Source: Candidatus Thalassarchaeum betae
GTDB taxonomy: Archaea; Thermoplasmatota; Poseidoniia; Poseidoniales; Thalassarchaeaceae
Direction: 5' to 3'
Length of the DNA stretch: 64,000 bases
NCBI GenBank assembly: GCA_003193925.1
Contig: PSPG01000001.1
Location: forward strand, 64,001 to 128,000
Under the pieces are notes generated by a model. That model had not been told where the DNA came from and searched no databases. It saw nothing but the letters and a program-made list of their open reading frames with translations. A program made the translations under genes and the position numbers. Within the stretch, counting starts at the first letter, position 1, and every line of letters starts with the position of its first letter. Positions 54,943-64,000 of the stretch are shown here, one piece after another.

Positions 54943-56190
54943 TCAGCATTCTACCCCGTGCTCCCTGAACAGCTCCTCGAGGCGAGTCAGCCCAAGGTCC
55001 ACGTTGTCGTACGGGGGTCCGAAGGAGAACCGCACCCACTGGCGGAACGGGCTCTCACCGCTTCTCTCACCTCCCGGATTGACGTCGAAGAACTCGCCGG
55101 GCACCGTCATCACCTGCCTGTCGAGGGCGGCCCAGAACAGCCCCATCCCGTCGTTGAGCGGCTCGGGCAGGTCCTCGACACATGCCCAGACGTAGAACGT
55201 CGCTGCCCCCGGCAGGCACCTCATCCCCATCTTGGTCAACCGCTCGACCATCATGTTCCGCTTCTTGACGAAGGCCACCCGCAGAGCACTCGTCTCCTGC
55301 TCGGCGTAGGCTGGCTCGAGCGCTCTGAGAGCCATGCGCTGCACGATGCGGCTGGGCCCGCCGTCGATGGCACTGGCGGCACGGCCGAGGGTCTCGACTA
55401 TCTCCGGTGGGCCGAGCACCCACCCCATCCTCCAGCCGGGGTAGCGGAACGACTTGGTCAGACCGTCGATGACGAGTACCGGGTCGATATCCGGGTCCTC
55501 CACGAATTGGGCGGAGGAGACAGGACCGCGTCCGGGATGGTCACCCTCGTAGATGAAGTGCGAGTAGAACTCGTCCATGATCAGGGTGCAGCCCTCGCGG
55601 CGGGCGGTCTCGCAGTAGGAGGCGAGTTCGTCGCCTTGGATGACGTGGCCGGTCGGGTTGCACGGGTTGGAGATGAGGAAGGAGTCGAGCCTCTTCGCAG
55701 CCTCAGCGAACTCGGCGGCAGGGATAGAGAAGTTGTTCTCCTCCGCTGTCGGGATGAGGACCGGCTCCAGCCTCGAGGCGGCGTAGTCCATCATGTCCTG
55801 ATAGGCGGTGTAGTCTGGGACCTGGTAGCCCATCCTGCCCTGCACCGACCCGAACACCCGGCTGAGCATCACCCGGCCGCCCTGTGAGATGCCGACGTTG
55901 GCAGCGGTGTACGGCTTCTTGCCGCGGCGGTAGTAGCGGTTGTAGTGATCGGCTACCGCCTGGCGCATCTCATCGGTTCCGTTGATCGGACCGTAGGCCT
56001 GGTCCTCGGGCTCGATGACCACGGAGCGCAGACGGTCTGGAGCACCCTCCATCTCGCCGATCTCCGGTTGGCCCTGACCGAGGTTGCACCAGTCCGGGTT
56101 GCCGTTCCAGAAGCCGCGCTTGTGGGCCTCGGCGACGACCCAGATGACACCCATGTAAGGGACCTCGCGGAACGCTCCATCCCCCGCCAT
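54943..56190 (-). CDS. PLP-dependent aminotransferase class I/II
   Basis: NLGQGQPE, SNPCNPTG, DEFY and TKSFRYPGWRMGW motifs; start ATG 56190. Confidence 0.92.
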   Translation of the reverse strand: MAGDGAFREVPYMGVIWVVAEAHKRGFWNGNPDWCNLGQGQPEIGEMEGAPDRLRSVVIEPEDQAYGPINGTDEMRQAVADHYNRYYRRGKKPYTAANVGISQGGRVMLSRVFGSVQGRMGYQVPDYTAYQDMMDYAASRLEPVLIPTAEENNFSIPAAEFAEAAKRLDSFLISNPCNPTGHVIQGDELASYCETARREGCTLIMDEFYSHFIYEGDHPGRGPVSSAQFVEDPDIDPVLVIDGLTKSFRYPGWRMGWVLGPPEIVETLGRAASAIDGGPSRIVQRMALRALEPAYAEQETSALRVAFVKKRNMMVERLTKMGMRCLPGAATFYVWACVEDLPEPLNDGMGLFWAALDRQVMTVPGEFFDVNPGGERSGESPFRQWVRFSFGPPYDNVDLGLTRLEELFREHGVEC

Positions 56191-56297
56191 GGCTCTCCGT
56201 GACGCTGGGGACAAATGAGTTTGACTTCTCGGAGCACGCAGCGTGCTCCAAGGGTGCACGAACAATTGTTAAATCTCGACAGGGTAGTCAAGGTGCG

Positions 56298-59200
56298 ATG
56301 CGCCGACCCACCCGACCCTCAAACGCCCTCTCGATAACCCTAGTCGTTCTGCTACTGGGAATGTCGGCCTCGCTTGCCATTGACTCAGGTGACAGAGCCG
56401 AATTGGCCGTTGACAAGCCCGTCCTTGAGACCCATTCGAATCTGTACTTCCCCGGGTCTCAGGAAGGCTCGATTTATTCCGATTCGACACTAGCCGCGTC
56501 CTCTTTTCACACATGTGTAGTGATGGACGATAAAAAAATGAAATGTTGGGGGGACGGAGTCTCCGGGAAACTAGGAAACGGCTCCTCCCTAGACAAGTAT
56601 GTGCCAGAATACGTCGCATTGGGAGCAAATGGTGGGCCATCTCTAGCCACCGAGCATTTCTCTTACGGGCATTTCTCCCTGGCGCGTATGATTGATGGTT
56701 CAATCCAAGGCTGGGGTGAGAACGGCCAAAACAATATCGGGTGCGATACCACTACCTGCTGGTGGGGAGGAGGACAAAACTTGCCACTTCAAACGAAGAT
56801 GCCAGCCACAAGAACAGCCATACAGGTCTCACCTGGCTTACACCACTCTTGCGCTGTCATGGATGACCTGTCGGTGTGGTGCTGGGGGCAGAACAACTAC
56901 GGGCAGGTAGGAAACGGATACGCCCCTCAGGATGTGACTCAAGGACCGACCAACATCCCCATGCCCACAGGCCGCACCGCCATTGCACTAGCAGGTGGCT
57001 CCCAATACTCCTGCGCCGTCCTCGACGACGGTAGTGCGATGTGCTGGGGCAGTAATGACTACGGCCAACTAGGCACTGGAAATTACGTTGATGTGGACGA
57101 ACCGACAGCAGTCACAGCCGTCCCTTCAAACCGTACTATAGCCGCGATTTCAGCAGCACAGAAGACGACTTGCGCAATACTGGATGACGGCAGTTTGGTC
57201 TGCTGGGGGCGCGGCGAACTCGGCCAATTCGGAGATGGAACCTACACATCATCGTCAACCACCGCTAGGTATGTCTCTCTACCAGCGGGCCGAACTGCGA
57301 TTTCGATTACTACGGGAATGGAACACGTCTGTGCAGTCCTGGATGACCACAGCGCTTGGTGCTGGGGAAACAACTCCTATGGCCAAATCGGTGATGGGAC
57401 CACTACAAACCGACCCATGCCGACTAGTGTCTCCTTCCCAGCAGGTCTGACCGTATCCGTTATCACTACAGGCAGTACTCACACCTGTGCGATTGCATCC
57501 AACGCCTCGGTGTACTGCTGGGGATCGCACGAAGAAGGAGAGCTCGGTTTGGGTCAGCTTAGCACTGGCTATAGAAGAGATAGCGACATCCCTGCGTGGG
57601 TCAACCTGTCGGGTGGAGGGGCTGGACCTGGAGCCCATGCCTCCGTGGGTGAGAGGGACCCTGACCACGACGGCATCATCTCGATCTTTGATTCGACTCC
57701 ATGGCCTGCCGATTCGTGCCCTCCGGGCCAGTATCTGTGGGACCTCCATTGCGTTGACGCGTCTCCGGGTCACTACGTTCCTTACCATGGTATGACCGAG
57801 GAATTCCCTTGCCCCGAGGGGACCTTCAACCCCGATACCGGACAGAGTTCGTGCTACGATACTACCCCCGGTCACTACACAAATTCAACCGGCTCCAGCA
57901 CCCAGACCGACTGTCCGCCAGGTACCTACCAACCGGACTATGGACAAACCTCGTGTTTGGATGTCGATCGCGGCCATTACAGCAATGCAGGTTCAGCCTC
58001 TGGGATACTCTGTCCACCGTCAACCTACCAGCCCGACACCGGACAGCCATCCTGCTCGGATGCCGATCCAGGGCACTACGTCTCCGAGACTGGGCAATTC
58101 GACCAGATCCAATGCTCGCCCGGCACCTACCAGCCGGTGGCCGGTCAGACCAGCTGCTTCTCAGCATCGGAAGGGTACTACGCACCGGGCTTCGGCTCTG
58201 CGGAACAGTTGGTCTGTGAGCCCGGGGCATACTCCCCCTCCACCGGCCTGGACTCCTGTTACCCTGCAGATCCGGGCTACTATGTATACGAGGAACTGGC
58301 GACTGGCCAGACGCCCTGTCCAAAAGGGTCCCATCAGCCTACTCCGGCATCGATAGGGTGCTCGCTGGTCAATCCCGGGCACTACGCTCCAGCACCGGGA
58401 ACCGCATTCGAGATTCCCTGTCCCGCGGGAACCTACCAGCCCGATTCGGGCGCCGACCACTGCATCGACGCCGACATAGGCCACCACGCATCCGGCCCTG
58501 GCAATTTCGATCAATCCCCATGCGATCCGGGAACCTATGCATTCGAGGGTGGCACGGGTGACTGTCTGGCCGCAGACCCCGGGTATTACGTACCCGACTC
58601 AGGGGCGAGCAGCCAGACAGCCTGCGAAGTTGGAGAGCACCAACCGGACTCCGGTGCCCCCACATGCTTGGATAACGAGATCGGGCACTATACCGACCAG
58701 ACCGGGACTGCGGAGCAGATACCGTGCTCACCCGGTACTTACCAGTCTTCGATTGGCCAAACCGCCTGTATAGAAGCCGACTTCGGATTCCACGTACCCT
58801 ACTCAGGCTCTGCTGGGCAGATACCATGCTCGCCTAGTACCTACCAGTCCTCGACCGGTCAGGTGTCCTGCACCGACGCCGAGCCCGGCTATTTCGTCTC
58901 CGAGCACGAAGCCTCAGTGCCATCCGCCTGCGAGCGCGGAACCTATCAATCGGAGGGCGGCCAGACCGAATGCGTAGACGCCGATCCCGGATACTACGTC
59001 CCTTCCATGGGATCACCTTCCCAGACCCCATGTGAGAGGGGAACCTACCAGACTTCAGGTGGACAGCACGAATGCATTGAAGCTGGGCCGGGGTACTACG
59101 TTTCCACGAGTGCAGCACTGTCCCCTACGTCCTGCAGTCCAGGGACCTATCAGGACAGCACCGCCATGATGAGTTGCAAAGAGGCAGATGTGGATCACTA

Positions 59201-59480
59201 CGTCGCTGAATCGGCTGCGGCTGGCCAGAGCAAGTGCGCCGATGGAGACAGCCAACCTGAAAGAGGGCAGACCAGCTGCATAGGGGCCGACAACACGATG
59301 CTCATCATGGGAGGGGTCGCGGTTCTCGCGGTCCTTGCCCTCACTGTGATGTACAGAAACTCGCAGAAGCAGAAGCCCGCGCCGAAGCAGCGGCGTAAGA
59401 AGCGACCGCCTGAAGGCAAGCAACGCAGGCGCAGGCCACCGAAAGGGAAGCGGAGAAAACGCCCTCCGAGCAGCGAGTGA
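56298..59480 (+). CDS. Surface protein: RCC1/BLIP-II beta-propeller, about 16 Cys-rich 34-aa repeats, TM helix and basic tail
   Basis: Signal peptide; repeated HTC....DG...CWG.N.YGQ.G; C..GTYQ...GQ..C.DA..G.Y repeats; TM helix; KR-rich RPP tail. Confidence 0.88.
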   Translation: MRRPTRPSNALSITLVVLLLGMSASLAIDSGDRAELAVDKPVLETHSNLYFPGSQEGSIYSDSTLAASSFHTCVVMDDKKMKCWGDGVSGKLGNGSSLDKYVPEYVALGANGGPSLATEHFSYGHFSLARMIDGSIQGWGENGQNNIGCDTTTCWWGGGQNLPLQTKMPATRTAIQVSPGLHHSCAVMDDLSVWCWGQNNYGQVGNGYAPQDVTQGPTNIPMPTGRTAIALAGGSQYSCAVLDDGSAMCWGSNDYGQLGTGNYVDVDEPTAVTAVPSNRTIAAISAAQKTTCAILDDGSLVCWGRGELGQFGDGTYTSSSTTARYVSLPAGRTAISITTGMEHVCAVLDDHSAWCWGNNSYGQIGDGTTTNRPMPTSVSFPAGLTVSVITTGSTHTCAIASNASVYCWGSHEEGELGLGQLSTGYRRDSDIPAWVNLSGGGAGPGAHASVGERDPDHDGIISIFDSTPWPADSCPPGQYLWDLHCVDASPGHYVPYHGMTEEFPCPEGTFNPDTGQSSCYDTTPGHYTNSTGSSTQTDCPPGTYQPDYGQTSCLDVDRGHYSNAGSASGILCPPSTYQPDTGQPSCSDADPGHYVSETGQFDQIQCSPGTYQPVAGQTSCFSASEGYYAPGFGSAEQLVCEPGAYSPSTGLDSCYPADPGYYVYEELATGQTPCPKGSHQPTPASIGCSLVNPGHYAPAPGTAFEIPCPAGTYQPDSGADHCIDADIGHHASGPGNFDQSPCDPGTYAFEGGTGDCLAADPGYYVPDSGASSQTACEVGEHQPDSGAPTCLDNEIGHYTDQTGTAEQIPCSPGTYQSSIGQTACIEADFGFHVPYSGSAGQIPCSPSTYQSSTGQVSCTDAEPGYFVSEHEASVPSACERGTYQSEGGQTECVDADPGYYVPSMGSPSQTPCERGTYQTSGGQHECIEAGPGYYVSTSAALSPTSCSPGTYQDSTAMMSCKEADVDHYVAESAAAGQSKCADGDSQPERGQTSCIGADNTMLIMGGVAVLAVLALTVMYRNSQKQKPAPKQRRKKRPPEGKQRRRRPPKGKRRKRPPSSE
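57716..59290 (+). repeat. About 16 tandem repeats of about 102 bp encoding two-Cys modules
   Basis: Units counted by eye in the translation, e.g. PEGTFNPDTGQSSCYDTTPGHYTNSTGSSTQTDC (34 aa). Confidence 0.85.
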
Positions 59481-59523
59481 GAGTCGAGCGCACTTGATAT
59501 GTGCGCGGTCCTCCGCGCCTTCC

Positions 59524-60573
59524 GTGCGAGACTACCCGAGCGACCGCGTCGACCTGCGAAGCGACACTGTCACGCAGCCCACACCCGCGATGCGCGAGGT
59601 GATGGCAGCGGCAGAGGTCGGCGACGACGTATTCGGTGACGATCCCACAGTCATAGAGCTACAGAATCGAATAGCAGAGATGCTCGGAAAGGAGGCTGCG
59701 TTGTTCGTGCCTTCCGGGACGATGTCGAACGCCGTCGCAATCAAATCGCAGACTAGGCCCGGCGATGAGATCGTCACCCATCGCAGGAGCCACATCTACA
59801 TGTACGAGGCCGGCGGCTATGCCGTACTCTCTGGGTGCTCGATATCTTTGGTCGAAGGCGATTGGGGAATGATGTCGCCTGAGGACGTCCAGAATGCCAT
59901 CCGCAAGGTCGAGGGCAGTGATTCGCACTACCCCGAGTGCACCCTGATCTGCGTCGAGAACACCGCCAACGTGGGCGGCGGCTCAATCTACGAGCAGGAC
60001 ACCATGGACGCCATCTGCGAGGTCGCGCATTCGAACGGATGCCGAGCCCATCTCGATGGCGCAAGGCTGTTCAACGCCGTAGTCGCAAGCGGAGTCGATG
60101 CCGCTCGGATGGTCAGGGACTTCGACACCATCTCGATCTGCTTCTCCAAAGGGCTCGGAGCCCCAGTGGGCTCAGTCTTGGTAGGTGACGCCGCGATCAT
60201 CGCAGAAGCTCACAGGTGGCGCAAGATGTTCGGTGGCGGGATGAGGCAGGCGGGTGTGCTTGCAGCTGCCGGGATATACGCCTTGGAGAACAACATCGAG
60301 CGGCTGGCAGAGGACCACGCACGCGCCCGCCGGCTGGCAGAGGCGGTGAACTCGATGGACGGCTACTCGGTGGACCTCGGGGCAGTCCAGACGAACATGG
60401 TATACGTCTCCTGCAAGGAAGGCGGTGCGAGAGCACTCGTCGCGAGCCTCGCTGAGCAGGGCGTCGATGTGCTCGACCTCGAGGAATCCACAATCAGGGC
60501 GGTAATGCACCTGCACATCACCGACGAGGACACCGACAGGGCAATCGCAGCCTTCGAGAACGCTCACATCTGA
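59524..60573 (+). CDS. ltaE: Low-specificity L-threonine aldolase
   Basis: DLRSDTVT, GDDVFGDDPT, SGTMSN, HLDGAR, SKGLGAPVGS and GGGMRQAG motifs. Confidence 0.95.
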   Translation: MRDYPSDRVDLRSDTVTQPTPAMREVMAAAEVGDDVFGDDPTVIELQNRIAEMLGKEAALFVPSGTMSNAVAIKSQTRPGDEIVTHRRSHIYMYEAGGYAVLSGCSISLVEGDWGMMSPEDVQNAIRKVEGSDSHYPECTLICVENTANVGGGSIYEQDTMDAICEVAHSNGCRAHLDGARLFNAVVASGVDAARMVRDFDTISICFSKGLGAPVGSVLVGDAAIIAEAHRWRKMFGGGMRQAGVLAAAGIYALENNIERLAEDHARARRLAEAVNSMDGYSVDLGAVQTNMVYVSCKEGGARALVASLAEQGVDVLDLEESTIRAVMHLHITDEDTDRAIAAFENAHI

Positions 60574-60611
60574 CCCAAGCCTTTGAGAGCGGGACAGAGC
60601 GGCGATTCACC

Positions 60612-61505
60612 ATGCGAGGCCGCATAGCGCTCGTCCTCATCATCGTGCTGCTCACGCCCGCACCTGGGCAGGCAACCGAGGCAGTCGACCTCTCAGAGAG
60701 CAGAGGCATCGTGGGCGGCCTCGTCATCGACCTCGGACTCGGCGAGCAGGATACCTCGGTCAGTGCTCAGGCCGAGGACCTGCCTCGGGTGGTCGAGGTG
60801 TACACGGCTACGTGGTGCGCTAACTGCGTCGGCGCCGAGCACGCGCTCGACGAGGCGATTGAGGGCGAGAACGCCGTGGTCCTCTCTCACCACCGTTCGA
60901 TCGGCGAGGTCGAAGACCCCTTCGGCACACAGGACGGGGACTGGCGCTGGGAAGACCTGTACGGTAGTGCCTCCCAAGAGGTAACCGGGCTCATGAGAGC
61001 CGCCCCGACCATGGTCTTCGACGGCTGCAGGGTCAAGGTCGGGACCTCTCCCAGCGGAGACTCGCTACAGACGGATTACGAAGAACTCCTCGCATTGCCG
61101 ATGCCCGTTTCAGGTGCGGAGTCATCGACTCTGACTTGGACGGGTAACAACAACTCGGGCACGGTTGGCTGGGGCTTCTCCTTCGCCCCCGCGGAGACGA
61201 CCAGTTGGGTTCACCGGTTGATGGTCGTCGAGGCGGTCGCGAACTTCCCCGAGGGCAGCAACGGCTTAGAGGACTACACCACCGTCGTCAGGGAGGTGGT
61301 GACTCTCAATGGAGACGATGGCAGCATGGCGCTGGAACTGCCAGCGGCCTGGGATGGAGACGACCTCTATCTGGTTCTGCTGCATGAGTGGACAACTGTG
61401 GCTGAGGAGGCTGACGGCGGCATTCTCAGCGCTCTTCCAGGCCTTGGAATGCTCACTCTCCTGCCAATCCTGGCAGCTCTCCTGCCTTCCCGCAGAGAGC
61501 GCTGA
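60612..61505 (+). CDS. Secreted thioredoxin-like (Omp28-like) protein with a PGF-CTERM-like anchor
   Basis: Signal peptide; EVYTATWCANC; PTMVFDG; C-terminal LPGLG, hydrophobic run and RRER. Confidence 0.75.
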   Translation: MRGRIALVLIIVLLTPAPGQATEAVDLSESRGIVGGLVIDLGLGEQDTSVSAQAEDLPRVVEVYTATWCANCVGAEHALDEAIEGENAVVLSHHRSIGEVEDPFGTQDGDWRWEDLYGSASQEVTGLMRAAPTMVFDGCRVKVGTSPSGDSLQTDYEELLALPMPVSGAESSTLTWTGNNNSGTVGWGFSFAPAETTSWVHRLMVVEAVANFPEGSNGLEDYTTVVREVVTLNGDDGSMALELPAAWDGDDLYLVLLHEWTTVAEEADGGILSALPGLGMLTLLPILAALLPSRRER

Positions 61506-61580
61506 TTTCTTACCTGCGGCTACTTCTCCTCAGGTGGGTTGAATAACCCCGCCTTGCCATTGCGCATGCTCGGTGATGCC

Positions 61581-64000
61581 ATGACTTCCACACCTCCACT
61601 TCAAGTGACCAGCGAGGAGGTCTCCCGCGGAGCTACCCCGTCTTGGCTGATGGAGCACATGATGCATCAGGCGCTGGGTCCGACGGACACCGAATCAGGT
61701 GGCTCCGGGCGAATTCTGGTAGTCTATCCGACTGAGGAGTCCCGCAGGCAGACCATGTCTCTGCTCGATGGAGCAGGCACCGCTGTCGACCGGACACTGC
61801 ATCACACGGTCGAGTCGCTGAAGTCCTCCCTAGTCGCAGACCTGCGACTGCCGAGGGTGTTGACCAAGGGGGGCGCCTTCGATCTGATTCTGCACGAGGC
61901 GTGCCGTCAGGGGGCGGCGGGACTCGCCTTTCCGCTAATCAACCCTCTGCCCGACATGAACTGGGGTAGGGGGAAGACGGCGGCTCTGGCAGAATTGCAC
62001 TCGTTCCTGTCTAGCGAGTCCGCTGCTGGGAGCTGGGAGGGGCCCGGTATCACCTCCTTCAGGATGATTCTCAGACGGCTTGAGAAGGAACTCCGGGGAA
62101 CGCATCCCGACATGGTCGCGTCGCGCATCGTTGAGGGGCTGGAGAGCGGGTCAGAGCCGTTCACCCTCATCGACGTCGATGGCATCATCATGCTCGACCA
62201 TCCTCCAGGAACCCCCCGCGCACACACGGAACTCATGCTGGCTCTGTCGAGGCATTGCCCGGTGCACCAGTTGGCCTACCCGGGCAACTTCCGACTAGGC
62301 CACCACGGCCACCTGCTGCTGGACGAGCACCCGCTCAAGAGATCAGCCGAACTGCCGAGTTGGGTTCCGAACCACGAGCCCGACGCATCGGATTCCCTCA
62401 GCGGCGCCTCGCGCCTGCTTCTGCACAGGGAGGAGCATTCATTCGATGCGGCAATCGGCCTAGCGCGAGAGCGCCTGGAGTCGAGCAAGGAAGACCGAGT
62501 GATCATCGTCGATCCGGCCTTGGAGTCCAACATGCCCCGTTGGGAGCGCGCTCTGCGCGACCTCGGAATCCCGGCCACTCCCTCGCAGGTACCAGTCTCC
62601 TCGCACTCACTGGGACACTGGCTCGGCTCACTCGCCAATCTGGCACACGGAGCCGACGCATTCTCACTGGAAAGCCTGCGCTCGCTCTCCCTGCAGCGCT
62701 CAATCAGCGCCCTCGACGAGCCCGAGCAGCACCCGTCCGAGGGCAGGGTCAGTCCACATGCGGATTCGGACCTGCTCACCGAGCTCGCCCGCGGTGAGCA
62801 CGTCCTGGGCGGTCCCGGCGCTCTCAGGAGATGGCTCCAGACGATGTCGAGGCCTACGCTCTCGGAACGAGACGGCATCAGGAAGGAGTCCACCCAGTGG
62901 TGGCTCCTATGCGTGGCCAATTCACTGAGGCCGCTGCTCAGCGGCGAGGACTGCGCGGCTTTGCAGGAGGAGCATGTCAGGGTCGGCTGTCACACCGGAG
63001 CGATTCTGCCTTTGAGTGAGCCGACTCGGAGCGGAGATGCATGGCTGCTGGCCACACTCGGACTGATCGACCTCGAATCGGCGATGGAGTTGTGCGATGG
63101 TGAGGGCACTTCGCCGGCCGCGGTGGTCCAGGCTGTAGTCAGGGACCACAGCGCCCTGAGGGCGATGCAGGGCAATATCGGACAGGAAACCCCTCGCATC
63201 GGTCCCGACTGGGTCGACGAGTTCACTTCCCTGATTCAATCCTCGAGCATCCAACAAGGTGGCTCCAACGCCACCAGCAGGGTCAGGGTATTGACTCCCT
63301 CTGATGCTCTGGGTTGCACTGCCGAGCTGGTCATCCTCACAAATCTGTCCAGTTCCTCCTGGGACCTCAGGGTCCCTAAGATGGCCTTCCTCGGCGACGA
63401 GGAGCGCCATTCGCTAGATCTCCTCCGACCCGACGGGCCAGTGCGCGACGCCCGCCACCATCTCGAGCACCTGCTCGCGGCTGCCCCGGAGACCATCCTG
63501 CTGGACCCGAGCCTCGATGACGCATCTCCTGCCGCTGCGCCGATCAGGGAATGGGCAACCGCCAACGACCCCGACGACGAGGCGGAGATCCTCGACTCCC
63601 GCCCCAGCCACCCAGTGAGTCCCCGTGACTTCCGCCAGTCTGATGGAATCCTACTCAGGAGCATGAGACCCCCTATCCACCCGCCGATCAATCCCAACTC
63701 GGTCTCGATATCGATGGACCTGCAGTTGCAGCGCGACCGTGAGAGGAGGCAACCCAGTCGCTCGGAGGATGACGGCTACCTGCCTGACGGCGTCGCACCA
63801 CACCTCTTCTCAATCGAGTTTGGGGACCTGTTCCGCAAGACTCCAGCAGGGGTCGAGCCGCCCCGTGCGCATGCGAGGTGGCCGCTCGTCGGAGGCTACA
63901 CACAGGGTGGCAAGAGGACGCCCACCATCGATCCCCGCCCATTCTCCCCCGCAGCCTCGGGCTCGATGGTCAGCGACTCGAGGCACGGCCACTCCCCGGG
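61581..64000 (+). CDS. AddB/RecC-like inactive-helicase (nuclease) subunit, truncated at window end
   Basis: Absent from the ORF track, consistent with no stop codon before the window end. Manually translated segments stay in one frame: RILVVYPTEESRRQ, VRVLTPSDALG..AELVIL and RHHLEHLLAAA resemble degenerate SF1 motifs. Start may be ATG 61566. Confidence 0.6.
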   Translation, partial: MTSTPPLQVTSEEVSRGATPSWLMEHMMHQALGPTDTESGGSGRILVVYPTEESRRQTMSLLDGAGTAVDRTLHHTVESLKSSLVADLRLPRVLTKGGAFDLILHEACRQGAAGLAFPLINPLPDMNWGRGKTAALAELHSFLSSESAAGSWEGPGITSFRMILRRLEKELRGTHPDMVASRIVEGLESGSEPFTLIDVDGIIMLDHPPGTPRAHTELMLALSRHCPVHQLAYPGNFRLGHHGHLLLDEHPLKRSAELPSWVPNHEPDASDSLSGASRLLLHREEHSFDAAIGLARERLESSKEDRVIIVDPALESNMPRWERALRDLGIPATPSQVPVSSHSLGHWLGSLANLAHGADAFSLESLRSLSLQRSISALDEPEQHPSEGRVSPHADSDLLTELARGEHVLGGPGALRRWLQTMSRPTLSERDGIRKESTQWWLLCVANSLRPLLSGEDCAALQEEHVRVGCHTGAILPLSEPTRSGDAWLLATLGLIDLESAMELCDGEGTSPAAVVQAVVRDHSALRAMQGNIGQETPRIGPDWVDEFTSLIQSSSIQQGGSNATSRVRVLTPSDALGCTAELVILTNLSSSSWDLRVPKMAFLGDEERHSLDLLRPDGPVRDARHHLEHLLAAAPETILLDPSLDDASPAAAPIREWATANDPDDEAEILDSRPSHPVSPRDFRQSDGILLRSMRPPIHPPINPNSVSISMDLQLQRDRERRQPSRSEDDGYLPDGVAPHLFSIEFGDLFRKTPAGVEPPRAHARWPLVGGYTQGGKRTPTIDPRPFSPAASGSMVSDSRHGHSP

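Noticed and set aside
61907-63992. Short ORFs listed in the last 2.4 kb
   Set aside because: They are better explained by a single plus-strand frame from 61581 that runs off the window end.

Overview
This is gene-dense, GC-rich archaeal chromosomal DNA. The archaeal markers are rpl18e-rpl13-rps9-rpoN-tRNA-Pro, MCM, GatE, Trm1, Pth2 and two PAC2 chaperones. Together with a beta-oxidation operon, bacterial-type LigA and giant Asp-rich surface proteins, they best fit Marine Group II Euryarchaeota (Poseidoniales); this assignment is inference. There are about 45 CDS (two truncated at the window edges and missing from the ORF track) and 3 tRNAs. I found no CRISPR array, transposase, integrase or rRNA. 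The most unusual items are: (1) a heavily remodelled Liv-type ABC transporter with a three-domain binding lipoprotein containing an apparently circularly permuted class II domain, a LivH-LivM fusion, and an ATPase with a transmembrane insert; (2) an aquaporin-like protein lacking both NPA motifs; (3) a 2664-aa TSP3-like/cupredoxin/DUF4129-like surface protein; (4) a structured, ORB-like element upstream of mcm; (5) a cysteine dioxygenase with the eukaryote-type Cys/Tyr crosslink residues; (6) a candidate B12 uptake module; (7) an RCC1 plus Cys-rich repeat surface protein. All family calls come from motifs read by eye, with no database searches.
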